NCBI RefSeq assembly: GCF_018350175.1
Contig: NC_058368.1
Span: 162,752,001 to 162,816,000 of the forward strand
From: Felis catus
Taxonomy: Eukaryota
Direction: 5' to 3'
DNA: 64,000 nucleotides
Shown: one piece after another, positions 38,795 through 52,840 of the stretch
How positions within the stretch are numbered: the stretch's first letter is position 1
Layout of the letters: every line of letters begins with the position of its first letter
Program-made: the position numbers and the translations under genes
Notes under the pieces: generated by a model
Told to the model about the DNA's origin: nothing
The model's input: the letters and a program-made list of their open reading frames with translations, nothing else
The model's database searches: none

Positions 38795-38992
38795 ATTTTT
38801 TCAATTTATTTTTTTAATTTTTAGTTTTAATTTTTTTTTAAGTTTATTTATTTTTGAGACAGAGAGAGACAGAGCATGAACGGGGGAGGGTCAGAGAGAG
38901 AGGGAGACACAGAATTGGAAGCAGGCTCCAGGCTCTGAGCCATCAGCCCAGAGCCCGAAGTGGGGCTCGAACTCACGGACCGCGAGATCCGT
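38795..38992 (-). mobile_element. 5'-truncated young felid Can-SINE
   Basis: Matches the 21063 subfamily (cggaccgcgagatc) but lacks the tRNA-like head. Confidence 0.88.
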
Positions 38993-39128
38993 GGATTCAT
39001 CACTTACATATTTTTTCTATGAATGTTTCAAATATACTCTCGAGGTCCTAGCTTTGATATTTGCCTTATGAAATCTTCCCTTCTCCAAGATAATGTACAT
39101 AGTAACATGATTTTATCCTAACATTTTA

Positions 39129-39454
39129 CAGTTGACCTGAGAACGGTGCAGGGGTTGGAGCACCAAACGCTGCACAGTTAAAAATCCATGTATAGCTTTT
39201 GGCTTCCCAAAACTTTACGAATAGCCTACTTTTGACGAGAACTCTTATTGATAAACAGTTAATTAACACATATTTTGTATGTTACAAGTATTGTATATTA
39301 TTTTCTTACAGTAAAGTAAGCTAGAGAAAAGAAAATGTTAAGAAAGCCATTAGGAAGAGAAAATACATCTCCAGTACTGTATTTATTGAAAAAAAACCTG
39401 TGTGTATAAGTAGACTCACACAATTTAAACTCATGTTTTTGTGTTTTTCAATTG
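39129..39454. mobile_element. Tigger2a-like MITE (TcMar-Tigger)
   Basis: TA|CAGTTGAC...TCAATTG|TA termini with TA target duplication; internal gtaaagtaagctagagaaaagaaaatgtt. Confidence 0.8.
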
Positions 39455-39898
39455 TATTTTTAATTCATATGTAATATAGTTTAGTGGGAAAAGACAGAGA
39501 TACAGCATTCTGTTGGATTAACCAAAGAGAATCTTTTATTAAAGACACTCAGTTTTATGTCACTGATCTTTGCAGTCTTTCTCTGGCTCAAATCTCTTGT
39601 ACTTACTTCTGCTCTCTAAGCCTTGAGATATCAATATCTCAGCCCAGCTATAACCCATTTCACAGTACTGCATAAAAGACTCTTTAATACTTAACATTTT
39701 CTTTTATCATTTTCCCCAAGTAAACAAGGCCAAAGATCTACTTATGAACACTACTATATCTAATATACTACTCTATTATTTCTGAATAATTTATTTCTAT
39801 TGCTTTTCTTAGAATTTATAAAAAGAAATGACATACTAAGCCACAGAAAGGCATGGATGAATCTTAAATGCATATTGCTAAGTGAAAGAATCCAGCCT

Positions 39899-42800
39899 GG
39901 GGAGGTGAGGTTAAGACGGTGAAGTAGTATGTGGTTGCCTCATCCCTCGAACATAGCTAGATAAATATTGAATCATTCTGAACACCCAGGAAATCTATCT
40001 GAAGACTGAGACAACAAACTGCACAACTAGAGGGAAAGATGAGGCTACAATGTAGAAGGAAGAAGGTGTGGAGATGTGATTTACGGGAGAAAAGGATCAT
40101 GGGTGCCAGGAAAGAGAGGGGAGCCCTGATCATGGAGAGAGGTGAGAGCCTGAGAGATTGGAGGGGGGTGGGGGGCGGGTAGGAGGAGAGCAGTGTACAG
40201 GGATAGCACAAGAAAAACACTTCCCTAAAAGCATGGACTGGGAAAATGAGAGGGGCTGGTTATTGTGAGTTTTTTCAACCAGTGGAGCTCAAACATTGGA
40301 GTTTTAGAAGTCTTCGCTGTGGGGGTGTGGAGCCCGGCAAGTGAAGATGTGCCCCTGTGGAGAAGAATGGAGGAGGCCTGGGAGTAGACAACGCAATCTG
40401 AGGAACCCCTGGGACAAACTGTGAGAAGACAGTTTTTGCTTCTTGAAGTATATCTGGGAGAGATGTTCATTACTTCTCAAGGAACGAAAGAGACAGCAGG
40501 CTGCACTGCACTGTCTGGTTCCTTAGCATAGGGGAAGAAACACCTGCTAAGGGTGGCAAACTTGGACTCTGTTTTTTTTCTGCATTTTATAATCCACATT
40601 CCTGCCTATGGGTATGACTGCACTTCTGGGACAAGCTGGCACCCTCCCCAGTGCAGCAACCCTCCCTGAGAGGACCAGCACAGGTCCACGCCACGCTGGG
40701 TCTCTAAAGTTTGGAGTTCTAAAACTCAGTCAGTGTGCCTGAGATAAAACACAGGTGCACTGCACTGCTGGGAAGGCAGACAGTCCAGATACAGACAGGG
40801 TGAAGGTAGGAATTTGAGGGAAGCCTGGGAGACATGAGGAAGAATGTTTGCTCTTCTGTAAAGGCTTCCCGGACAATGGTGGGATCGAGCTCCCCTCCCT
40901 GAGGAGGAAGGAGAGGGCTGGCACCATTTCTCTCACCCACCCATCAGCATGGACTGACTTTGTGGAGCAAAACAGCACCAATAATGAAGACCTCAGCCAC
41001 TACACCAAGTCCCACACCTCTGCACTCTGCAGGTGCTTCTTTACTAGGGCAAGTGTGCCTGAGAACCAAAATAGTGGGTCCTTCCCCCGAGAAGACCAGC
41101 ACAAACTTCCCCCCACACACCAAGTCAACTGACCACAGAGTGCTGCAAAGCTTCAGCTCTAGTGGAAACAGGATATAGTCTCTTTTAACAAGCAGACCAG
41201 ACAGAGCACACCTAGTTAAAACCCGCCACCCTCTGGACAAGATCCAAATACTTCCCATTGCAGACAAGGAAAACCCTGCAGAAGACTGCCCTAAAAAAGA
41301 GCAGACAAAACACAGCAGCAGAGTGCACACAGCATACACTAGACACACTTCTTGAAGCACCAGGCCCTAACAGTGTATGACCTCTTCTTCACAAAGGCAT
41401 TTTTGCCAGGAGCAGAAAACACAGCAGGTTTTCATAACACAGACAAGAAGACAGAGACCTAGACAAAATGCCAAGATGCAGGAATTCATCCCAAAAGAAA
41501 GAATAATAAAAGGTCACAGCCAGGGATCTAATAAAAAAAAAGATATATGTAGAGGTGCCTGGGTAGCTAGATCAGTTAAGTATCCGACTTCAGCTCAGGT
41601 CATGATCTCATGGTTCGTGAGGTCGAGCCCCACATCAGGTTCTTGGCTGTTAGTGCAGAGCCTGCTTCAGATCCTCTGTCTCTGTGTGTCCCTCCCCGAC
41701 TTGTTCTTTTACTCTCTCTCTCAAAAACAAATAAAAACATTTAAAAAATATATATATAAGTAATATGTCTGATCCAGAATTTAAAACAACAATCATAATG
41801 ACACTAGCTGGGCCTGAGAAAAGCATAGAAGACACCAGGAGTCCCTTACTGCAGAAATAAAAGACCTAAAAACTAGTCAGGCCTAAAAAAAAAGTTATAA
41901 CCAAGATGCAAAATCAACCGGATATAATAATCACAGGATAGGAGAAGCAGAGGAATTAAGTGATACAGAAGATAAAATTATGGAAAATAATGAAGCTAAA
42001 AAGAAGAGGAAAAGAAAAATACTGGATCACAAATGTAAACTCAGGGAACTCAGCAAAGCCATAAAGCATAATAACATTCCTATCTTAGGAGTCCCAAAAG
42101 GAGAGGAAAACAGAAGAGAGCAGAAAGTTTATTTGAGCAAATTATACCTGGATATTTCCTTAATCCGGGGAAGGAAGCAGACATCCAAATCCAAGCACAG
42201 AGACCTCTCATTAAAATCAATAAAAGCAGGCCAACACCAAGACATACATAGTAAAATTTGCAAAATACGGACATAAGGAAAAGTCCTAAAAGCAGCAAGG
42301 GAAAAGAAATCCCTACCTTACAAGGGAAGACATATAAGGTTAGCAGCAGACCTATCAATAAAAACTTGGCCGGCCTGAAGGGAGTGACATGATATATTCA
42401 ACATGCTGAATGGTAAAAATATGTAGGCAAGAATACTTTATACAGCAAGGCTGTCATTCAGAATAGAAGGAGAGATACAGAGTTTCCCAGACAAACAAAA
42501 ACTAAAGGAGTTCATGACCACTACACCAGCCTTGCAAGAACTGTTATAGGGGACTCTGAATGGGGAAAAAAAAGTGACAAAGACTACAAAGGAACACAGA
42601 AAATGGCCAGAAACAACGACTTTACAGGTAATACAATGGCCTAAATTAATATCTATCAATAATGACTCTGAATGTAAACGTACTAAATGCTCCCCTTAAA
42701 ACATAGAGGGTATCAGAATGGGGAAAAAAAAAGATCCATCAAAATACTGCCTACAAAAGACTCATTTTAGACCTAAAGACACCTGTAGATTAAAAGTGAA

Positions 42801-45800
42801 GGCATAAACAACCACTTAAAATGCTAAGGGACATCAAAAGAAAGCTGGGGTAGCCCTACTTATATCAGACAAACTAGATTTTAAACCAAAGACTATAACA
42901 AGAGATGAAGAAGGGCACTACATCATAATAAAGGGGTCTATCCAACAAGATCTAATAATTATAAATACTTATGCCCCCAACTTATAAGAACACAAATATA
43001 TAAATCATTTAATCACAAGCATAAAGAATTTCATTCAGTAATAGTAGGGGATTTTAATACTCACTTACATAAATGTAAAAATCATCTAATCAGAAGATCA
43101 ACAAGAAAACCATGGCTTTGAATAACACACTGGACCAGACTGACCTAACAGATACTTTCAGAACATTTTATCTTAAAGCAGCAGACTATACACTCTTTTT
43201 GAGCGCATATGGGACATTCTACAGAATAAATCACATACTGGGTCATAAATCAGGCCTGAATAAATACAAAAAGACTGAGATTATACCATGCATATTTTCC
43301 TACCTATGAAACTTGAAGTCAACCACAGGAAAAAGTTCAGGAAGACCAAATACATGGAGGTTAAAGGACATCCTACTAAAAATGAATGGGTTAACCAAGA
43401 AATTAAAGAAGAAATTAAAAAATACATGGAAACAAATGAAAAATGAAAACACAATGATACAAAATCTTTGGGATGTAGCCAAAGCAGTCATTAAGAGGTA
43501 AGTATATAGCAATATATAGTATATAGCAATACAGTATAAAGATTTATCTCAAGAAGCAAGAAAAATATCAAATAAATAACCTAACCTTACAATTAATGGA
43601 GCTAGAAAAGGAGCAACAAATGAAGCCTAAAGCCAGCAGAAGAAAGGAAATAATAAAGATTCGAGTAGAAATAAATAATATAGAAACAAACAAACAAACA
43701 AAAAACAGTAGAATAGATCAATGAAACAAGGAGCTGGTTCTTTGAAAAAATTAGTAAAATTGATAAACCCCAAGCCAGACTTATCAAAAAGAAGAGTGAA
43801 AGGATCCAAATAAATAAAATCACAAATGAGAGAGGAAAGATCTCAACCAACATCACAGAAATACAAACAATTATAAGAGAATATTATGGAAAATTATATG
43901 CCAACAAATTGGCCAATCTGGAAGAAATGGATAAATTCCTAGAAACACATAAACTACCAAAACTAAAACAGGAAGAAACAGAAAATTTGAACGGATCGAT
44001 AACCAGCAAAAAAGTCAGTGTAATTAAAAATCTCTCAACAAAAGTCCAGGGCCAGATGGCTTCCCAGGAGAATTATACCAAACATTTAAAGAAGAGTTAA
44101 TACATATTCTTATCAGTTTTCCAAAAAATAGAAATGGAAGAAAAACCCAAACTCATTCTACCAGGCCAGCATTACCTTAATTCCAAAACCAAAGACCCCA
44201 CTAAAAACAAGAATTACAGGCCAATATCCCTGATGCACATGGATTCAACAATTCTCAACAAGATACCAGCAAATCGAATCCAACAGTACATTAAAAGAAT
44301 TATTCACCATGAGCAAGTGGGATTTATTCCCAGGTAAAGGTGATTCAATATTTTCAAATCAATCAATGTGATACACCACATTAATAAAAGGATAAGAATA
44401 AAATGATCCTCTCAGTAGATGTAGAAAAAGCATTTGACAAAGTAAAGGATCCATTATTAATAAATACCCTCAATAAAGTAGGGATAGAAGGAACATACCT
44501 CAACATCATAAAGGCCATATACAAAAGACCCACAGCTAATATCATCCTCAATGGGGAAAAACTAGTTTTCCTCCACAGTCAGGAACAAGAGGAGGACATC
44601 CATTCTCACCATTGTTATTTAACATAGTACTGGAAGTTCTAGCCTCAGCAATCAGAAAACAAAAAGAAATAAAAAGGCATCCCAACTGGCAAGGAAGAAG
44701 TAAAACTTTCACTGTTTGCACACAACATGAAACTCTATGTAGAAAACCTGAAAGACGACAAAATATGCTAGAACTAATACACAAATTCAGTTAAAATCAC
44801 ATGATACAAATAAACATACAGAAATATGCTGCATTTCTATATACTAATAATGAAGCAGCAGAAAGAGAAATCAGGGAATCGATTCCATTTACAATTGCAC
44901 CATAAACCATATGATACTTTAGGAATAAACATAACCAAAAAGGTAAAAGATTATCCAGACTCTGAAAACTATAAAACACTGATAAAAGAACCTGAAGAGG
45001 ACACAAAGAAATGGAAAAACACTCCATGCTCATGGACTGAAAGAACAAATATTGTTAAAATGTCTATACTATCCAAAGCAATACATACATTTAAATGCAA
45101 TCCCTATCAAAATACCCCCAGAATTTTTCACAGAGCTAAAACAAAAAATCCTAAAATTTGTATGGAACCACAAAAGACCCGAATAGCCAAAGCAATCTTT
45201 TAAAAGAAAAGCAAAGCTGGAGGCATCACAATTCCAGACTCCAAGCTATATTACAAAGCTGTAGCCAACCAGACAATATGATACTGGCATTAAAAAAGAC
45301 ACATACAGATCAATGGAACAGACTACAAAACCCAGAAATGGACCCACAACTATATGGTCAACTAAGCGGGAAAGAATATCCAATGGAAAAAAGTCTCTTC
45401 AGCAAATGGCGCTGGGAAAATTGGACAGTGACATGCAGAACAATGAAACTGGACCCCTTTCTTACACTGTACACAAATATAAATTCAAAATGGATGAAAG
45501 ACCTAAATGTAAGACAGGAAACCATCAAACTCCTAGACAAAAACACAGGCAGAAACCTTTTCGACCTCAGCGGCAGCAACTTACTTCTAGACGTGTCTCT
45601 GGAGGCAAGGGAAACAAAGGCAAAAGTGAAGCAATGGAACCTCATTAAGATAAAATTTTTCTGCACAGTGAAGGAAACAATCAACAAATAAATCTAAAAG
45701 GCAACTGATGGAATAGAAGATATTTGCAAGTGACGTATCTCATAAAGGGTTAGTATCCAAAATCTATAACTTATCAAACTCAACACCCAAAAAACAAACA

Positions 45801-46690
45801 ATCCAGTGAAGAAATGGGCAGAAGACATGAATAGACATTTTTCCAAAGAAGACATCCAGATGGCCAATAGACATATGAAAAGATGCTTAACATCACTCAT
45901 CATCAGGGAAATACAAATCAAACCTACTATGAGATACCACCTCATACCTGTAAGAATGGCTAAAATTAACAACACAGGAAACAACAGACGTTGGTAAGGA
46001 TGCAAAGAAAGGGGAACCCTCTTACACTGTTGGTGGGAATGCAAACTGGTACAACCACTCTGGAAAACAGTATTGAGGTTCCTCAAAACATTAAAAATAG
46101 AACTACTCTACAAGCCAGCTATTGCACTACTAGGTGTTTACTCAAAGGATATAAAAATATTGATTCAAAGGGACACATGTACCCCGATGTTTACAGCAGA
46201 ATTATCAACAAGAGTCAAATTATGAAAAGAGCCCAAATGTCCACTGACTGATGAATGGATAAAGAAGATGTGGTATATACATATACAATAGAATATTATG
46301 CAGCCATAAAAAAAAAAAGAATGAACCTTGCCATTTGCAACCACATGGACAGAGCCAGATTGTATTATGCTAAGTGAAGTAAGTCAAAGAAAGACAAATA
46401 CCATGATTTCATTCAACTGGAATTTAAGAAACAAAACAAACAGACATAGGGAAAGAAGAAGAAAAAAAGAGAGGGAAGCAAACCATAAGAGACTCTTAAC
46501 TATAGAAAACAAACAGGGTTGATAGACATGTGTGGGAAATGGCCTAATGAGTGATGGGTATTAAAGACGACACTTGTGATGAGCATCTAAGTGATGAACC
46601 CTTAAATTATACTTCTGAGGCCAATTTAACTCTATATGTTAACTAATTAGAATTTAAATAAAAATTTGAAAAAAAAAGAAAAGAAAAAGG
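39899..46690 (+). mobile_element. Full-length but inactivated carnivore LINE-1 (5' UTR to ~41460, ORF1 ~41468-42570, ORF2 ~42636-46420, 3' UTR, A tail), antisense to SLCO4C1
   Basis: ORF2 peptides [61 protein letters not shown]; many stops and frameshifts; RT FADD decayed to FAHN at 44715-44726. Confidence 0.96.
41551..41755 (+). mobile_element. Can-SINE inserted in L1 ORF1
   Basis: SINE head, body and tail interrupt the ORF1 N-terminus. Confidence 0.9.
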
Positions 46691-46835
46691 GCATTAGAAA
46701 AAAGTTAGGGAAACCTGAATGAAGTATGGACATCAAGTAATAAGTATAAACATTAAGAGATGATATATCAACACTAGTTCATTAATCATTAAAAATATAG
46801 CATACAAAGTAATATCTTAATGATAGGGGGAAATT

Positions 46836-47010
46836 GAGGCACCTGGGTTGCTCAGTCCATTGAGTGCCTACACTTGATTTTGGTTCAGGTGATGGAGCCC
46901 CATGTCAGGCTCCATGCTGAGTATAGAGCCTGCTTAAGATTCTCTCTTTCCCTCTGTCCCTTTCTCCCACTTGCCTTCTCTCTCTCTCTAAAATAAAGTT
47001 TAAAAAATAA
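46836..47010 (+). mobile_element. Can-SINE inside an old L1MC-like 3' UTR (46690-47140)
   Basis: SINE head, (CT)n and tail; degenerate flanking repeat atag.gggaaat. Confidence 0.85.
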
Positions 47011-47149
47011 TAATAGAGGGAAATGGTTGTGGTATATTTGTTATATTTGGAAATTCTCTCATACCTAATACTACCTTCACATTTATTCTGTATATCTAAA
47101 ATTGTTCTAAATACCAAGTTTAGTAAAAAAAAAAAAAAAAGTTACAATT

Positions 47150-49340
47150 ACAACTCAAGTCTTACACTTTCATAAAAATTAAAAATGAAAATATACAGCA
47201 ACAATATTAATTAGTCAGATAGTATGAGACATGTAAGAATAGACAGAAAAATGTAGAAGAGACTTTAATATTCATCTTTCTCAGTCCAAGAGTGAAAATT
47301 ATTAAAAATAAGCAAGGATACACTATAAACACCAAATGTTGGCTAACTTGACAATAGATTATATTTAAAATAAAAATAAAAATAAAAATAAGCAAGTATA
47401 GATAAGACCTAAACAATATTATCAGTAACACTGCATGTAGGAAAACATGTCAAATTCTATACTATGATGAAATTGTGTCTTCTATTTTTAGGTCCCAAGG
47501 ACAATTCTAAAAAAATTGACCAAATATTATGCTATAAAAATATTTATATACATTCCAAAGAGTAAATAACAATAACATTCTATGACCAAAATGAAATAAA
47601 CTAGAAATTTATAATGCGATAGAAAATGAAAATGCACATAAAAAAATTGAATTCAAAAAATTTAAACTTAAAAAAATTTTTAACTCTTAAATTATTTTTG
47701 GAGCAATAATTTTGGAATTATGAAAACACTCAGAAATTATGATACTAAAAAAATACATCAAAATTCATATTCTACAACTAAAGTAGTACTTATAGGAAAG
47801 CATCTCATTCAAACAAAAAAAGAACCAAATAGAAAAAGGAAAATAAAAATTAAAAATTTATAAAAATAAGTCACATTCTGAGTTACCCCCAACATTCATA
47901 CTACTAGAGCAAGATGAGCTTATGATAGAATATCTATGGAGGAAATAAAATGCAAAAGAATATCTAGAAAAAAAAATACTAAAAAGGGAATACAATGAGG
48001 AGGACCCTCTAATTAAAGCAATAAAGAATTAACAAATGACTAGAAATATGATTAATGAAATAAAAAATAATAAAGTTAATAAAAAGTAAATCCTTTGAAA
48101 TAATCAATAAAATAAACCACTGACTAACATAATGAAAAAGCAGAAAGTACAACTATACAAATACACGGAAAAAAAGGAAATGAACTAAAAGGAGATGACT
48201 TTTTTAAATTCACAAGAGACTACTTAGAGCAAATTTCTAGCAAATATATTTGAAAAACAAGAAATTAATTCCCAAGACCAGATAGTTTCAGAGATCAATT
48301 TTGCCAAAACTTTAAATGTTAAATAATAATGACAATTATAATAACAACATACATACCTAATGTCATTTAAATTATTCCAGAATATAGAAAAAGGATTAAA
48401 AATTACCAAAATATTTTTTAAGTTATTCATTTATTTTGAGAGAGAGAACGAGAACATGAGCAGGGGAGGGGCAGAGAGAGAGGAAAAGAGAATCATAAGC
48501 CGGCTACACACTGTCAGTTGTAGAGCCTGATGCAGGGCTGGATTTCAGGAACCATGAGATCATGATCTGAGCTGAAATCAAGAGTTGGACACTTAACCAA
48601 CTGAGCCACCCATACACCCCATAAATTACCAAAATATTTGGTAATATTGATACCACGTGAAAAAGATCAACAACAGCAGAAACTAATAGACCAATCTCAT
48701 ATCTAAGTATCAATACAAAAAATATATATTAGCAACAAAACCCAGCAACATATTAAAAAATGTAGCATGACTCTTTAAAGATGCATGCTTTGGAAATTTA
48801 TTAAGAAAATTTAATAAGTTAGATCTAATTAGAAACCTCAATGATCACTTTCATAGATTTTAAGTAGACATATGACAAATGTCAACAACAAATCACATAA
48901 TCAACATATAACAGGAATAGATATGTCTCTAACATGATCAAATAAATATATGGGCATGTAAGTATGGATATATACATGCATATGCATATGCACATACATA
49001 CTACTAAGGTCAGAAAGAAGTAAGACAAGGATACTCACTATCTTTGCAACTTTTCAATACTGTATTGTGGGGAGAAAGAACCTTGAGGCCTATGATCAAG
49101 GATCAAGAGGTAAAACTATCTCTATATGCAGAAATTACAAATTCTTTCAGGAACAGTGAAAAAAAACAATGGAAAAACTACTAAAAACAGTAAGAAAATT
49201 TAATAATATAAGTTTATTTATAAATATAAAATTAATATATAATAAGTCAGTAAGTATCACTTGTTCAAGTTGGATAATGTGATAGAAAACAATTTACAAT
49301 AGAAAAAAGAAACTAAATACACCTAGAAATAAATGTGAAC
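47150..49340 (+). mobile_element. Very old L1M ORF2 remnant
   Basis: A-rich; ctaaggtcagaaagaagtaagacaaggat and gaggtaaaactatctctatatgcaga resemble RT-region nucleotide motifs. Confidence 0.6.
48417..48622 (-). mobile_element. Can-SINE
   Basis: 17-bp TSD aaattaccaaaatattt at 48400-48416 and 48623-48639. Confidence 0.94.
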
Positions 49341-49576
49341 AAGCAAGACTACTGCCTACCTAGTATCACAGTGAAGCAAGTGAGGTGGGGCAAAAAAATA
49401 CAGTTTGTCACAGAGGTGAGGTGCCACAGAAAGATTCTAAATATGAGCAGCAATCTCTGTATGTGGAGAAAAAGGTAAAAGCTCAAAAATTTACGTATGA
49501 GGAACATCCATCTCAACTAGAGAGAATCCCTGCTTGTCCAGAACAGGGTTCCAGTTCCTCTCCTACATAAAATATG

Positions 49577-50227
49577 TTAAGCAAGAACTCCAAGAGTTCC
49601 TCTGAGAGTCCCCATCGTAATTCCTGGGACCATGAATAGGACATTGCTACATCTTTGATTACGTTACAATGGCAAAGAGTTTGGCAGAATAAGATTATTA
49701 ATCAACTGACTTTGAATTGGGAAGGAGATTATCTGCTTTTGCTCGATCCAATCATATAAGCCCTCTAAAGCAGAGGTCTTCTTCCTCTGGCAGCAGCAGC
49801 ATATGTCAGAAAAATCTGAAGCCAAGTAGAAATTATATGAGCTGCTGCTGGCTTTAAAGATGAAAAGGACCAGGTGCCAAGGAACGTGCAGAGCTTTTAG
49901 CTGATAGACACACTCAATGATGATTGTCAAGGAAATGGAGATCTCAGTTAAACAATTCCAAAAAATTACTTCACAGTAATTACTTCAACAGTTTAATGAT
50001 TACTTCATTACTGATTACTTCAACAGTTTAATGAGCATGGAAAGGGATTCTCTCTAGAGTCTCAAATGAGAAGGTAGTCAGCTGACACCCTGAGTTTGAG
50101 AGTCTGATCAGAGAACCCAGCTCAGCTGTGCCAAACTCCTGATCCATGGATATAGTAAGATAATACATTTGTGCTGTTTCAAATTTAGTTTGCATAATAT
50201 GTTATGCAGCAATAGAAAACTAATACA
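49577..50227 (+). mobile_element. Solo MaLR LTR (MLT1D/E-like)
   Basis: gggagattatc-like segment; gctgctggctttaaagatgaaa; ttatgcagcaatagaaaactaataCA end. Confidence 0.82.
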
Positions 50228-50397
50228 AACATCTCATAAAAAATTAGCCAAGGAATAATTTGCCTCATTCAAACGTAAATAATAAATAAAGAGGAAAAGC
50301 AAATGACATGGCAAAATAGTCTCCAGGAGAATGTCACTATGATGTAGATTTAAAAATTACCACATTGCCATACTTTAAAAGTGATGACAATTGCTTC

Positions 50398-50430
50398 TTT
50401 TTTTTTTAATTTTTTTAATCTTTTTTTTTT

Positions 50431-50475
<45 letters not shown>

Positions 50476-50639
50476 GTGCAAGTGGGGAAGCAACAGAGAG
50501 GCAAACACAGAATCCAAAGGAGGCTCCGGGCTCTGAGCTGGCAGCACAGAGCCCAATGATGGGCTCAAACTCACGGACCATGAGTTTACGACCTGAGCTG
50601 AAGTCAGATGCTCAACCAACTGAACCACCCAGGTGCCCC
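50398..50639 (-). mobile_element. Can-SINE with long (GA)n
   Basis: TSD acaat(t/a)gcttctt. Confidence 0.92.
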
Positions 50640-50684
50640 AACAATAGCTTCTTAAAAGCAAAAGCTGAAAACAGAGATTTAAAC

Positions 50685-50900
50685 TTTTTTTTTTTAATGT
50701 TCATTTATTTTTGAGAGAGACAGACAGACAGAGCATGAGCAGGGGAGGGGCAGAGAGAGAGGGAGACACAGAATCTGAAGCAGGCTCCAGGCTCTGAGCT
50801 ATCAGCACAGAGCCGGATGCAGGGCTTAAACTCAGGAACTGAGAAATCATGACCTGAGCCAAAGTCAGATGCTTAACTGACTGAACCACTCAGGCACCCC
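50685..50900 (-). mobile_element. Can-SINE
   Basis: TSD tgaaaacagagatttaa at 50666-50682 and 50901-50917. Confidence 0.94.
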
Positions 50901-52643
50901 TGAAAACAGAGATTTAATAAGCTCATAAATGTGATGAATAAGAGAAGGGGGAAAAAATGGGCTGAAAAAACTCAGAAAAGGCATGAAACAAAAATGAAAA
51001 CTACCACAGAAATAAAAGTACATCAAAATGGGCAAAAGAAAGAATAGCACTATAAGAATCACAAAAAGACTGAATATATATTTGTGACTTGAAATATAAA
51101 CAAAATTAAGTGCATAAAAACTAAGACTTAAAAGATTAGAGAAAAAATTATAGACATGAGATCCAGACAAAGAAAATCAAACATGTGCATAATCAATCAG
51201 AATAGGAAAAAGCATCTACTCTGAGGTAAAACTTAGGAAACTCCTGAAATAAGTGAAGGCCGATCTCTAATTTAAAATGGCATAGAACATCCAGGAAAAT
51301 TTGATGCAGGGCTTTTAAGACATTCCCTTATGAAGCTACTGGATTTTAAAGATAAAGAGAGACAAGTACAGTCAAGGAAAAAGATAGTCACTTATGTAGA
51401 GGTAAATGAACAACTTTGGTTGGCATCAGACTTCTCTAGAGCAACATTAATCTCATAAGGCAAAGGAATGATTACAAAAAGTAATCAGTGAAAAATAATG
51501 TGACTCATAAATTTTATACTCAAACTATCACTCAAATATAAAGGCAAAAGACAAATATGTAAACATATTTAAAATCTCATAGAATTAACCTTTCCTGAAA
51601 AAAACAAAAACAAAAACTACTAGAGGGTACATTTCAGCCTACCAAGAAATACTGCATTCTGAGAAGCCATGGACACCTGAAGACCATTGCATCATAAAAT
51701 GTTAAATAATTTATTAAATTTCACTTGTAATAACATAGCTTTAAAAAATAGCTAGGTTTACCTATTACGTGAATTCTGCAGTATTATTAGTTGAGGTAAC
51801 TACCTGCACCTAGAGTTTCAACATCTATTGAGAAATGAAAAAATTTCTGACAAAGTATTTCCAACACTAATTTAAAAGCATGTGATTTGACAATACACCA
51901 CAAGAGGGAGCGCCTATGCTGTTTATGAACATAGGGAGTGTTCCCAATAAAACTAAGGCTTAGAATTTCATTTAATGGACAAACCAGTGTCCACTCCTGC
52001 CCACTAACATGTGCAGAAGCTAAAGGCAAAAGGTGAAAAGAAAACGTACATATCAAGGTAGGTGTAAGTTAAATATTAAGCTCAGCCCAACCCTTATCCC
52101 CACACAGAGGCCCAAAGCTTACTATCCCCAGGCATTTACCTTCCAAACCTTGAAGTTAAGAAACCATGTTTTCTTCTGGGCCCATCCTGCTGCCAGGGGT
52201 AGGGCACGATGCTGAAATTTGAGATAAGTTTTCACTCCCCTAGTCACATTTGGGTTTTTGTTTTTTGTTTTGTTTTGTTTTGTGTTCTAATTTTCAGGAG
52301 GTGCTCCTGAGAAGAAACATAGTTTTATAGGGAACCTGGTCTGCCCAATTACCTGCATTAGGTAATTTGAGGTGGCTGACTTTAATCAAAAACAGCCTCT
52401 CTTTCTCACTTCCCGGGGAATGACTACAGTTTTCTCCCCCAGCTCCCCTTCCCATCTCCCAGCTACTGCCCTAAAGAAGGAGAAAGGACTGTTGCTTTTG
52501 TTTAAACCTGCCCAGGCCCAAGTCTCTAACCAGCATCTTCTGGCCTAGAGAGTGTAGATCATCCCCATATGCCTCTCCTACAACCTCTTTTCACTAATCC
52601 TACCACCAGTCTTTCAAAAACCTTTCTTTAAAAACATTTCTTT

Positions 52644-52840
52644 AGGGGTGCCTGGGCATAGCCAGTTAAGCATCCAACTCTTGATTTCAGCTCCGGTCAG
52701 GATCTCACGGCTTCATGAGCCCTGCATGGGGCTTTGCGCTGGCAGCAAGGAGCTTGCTTGGGATTCTCTCTCTGCCCCTCCCCTACTTGTGCTGTCTCTG
52801 TCTCTCTCAAAATAAATAAACTTAAAAAAAAAAAAGTTTA
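52644..52840 (+). mobile_element. Can-SINE
   Basis: Head ggggtgcctggg, (CT)n, AATAAA and A tail. Confidence 0.9.

Noticed and set aside
41980..46522. Cluster of ORFs with endonuclease/RT-like peptides as an active or novel retroelement system
   Set aside because: Fragments of an ordinary L1 with many stops and frameshifts, a SINE in ORF1 and a dead RT motif (FAHN)
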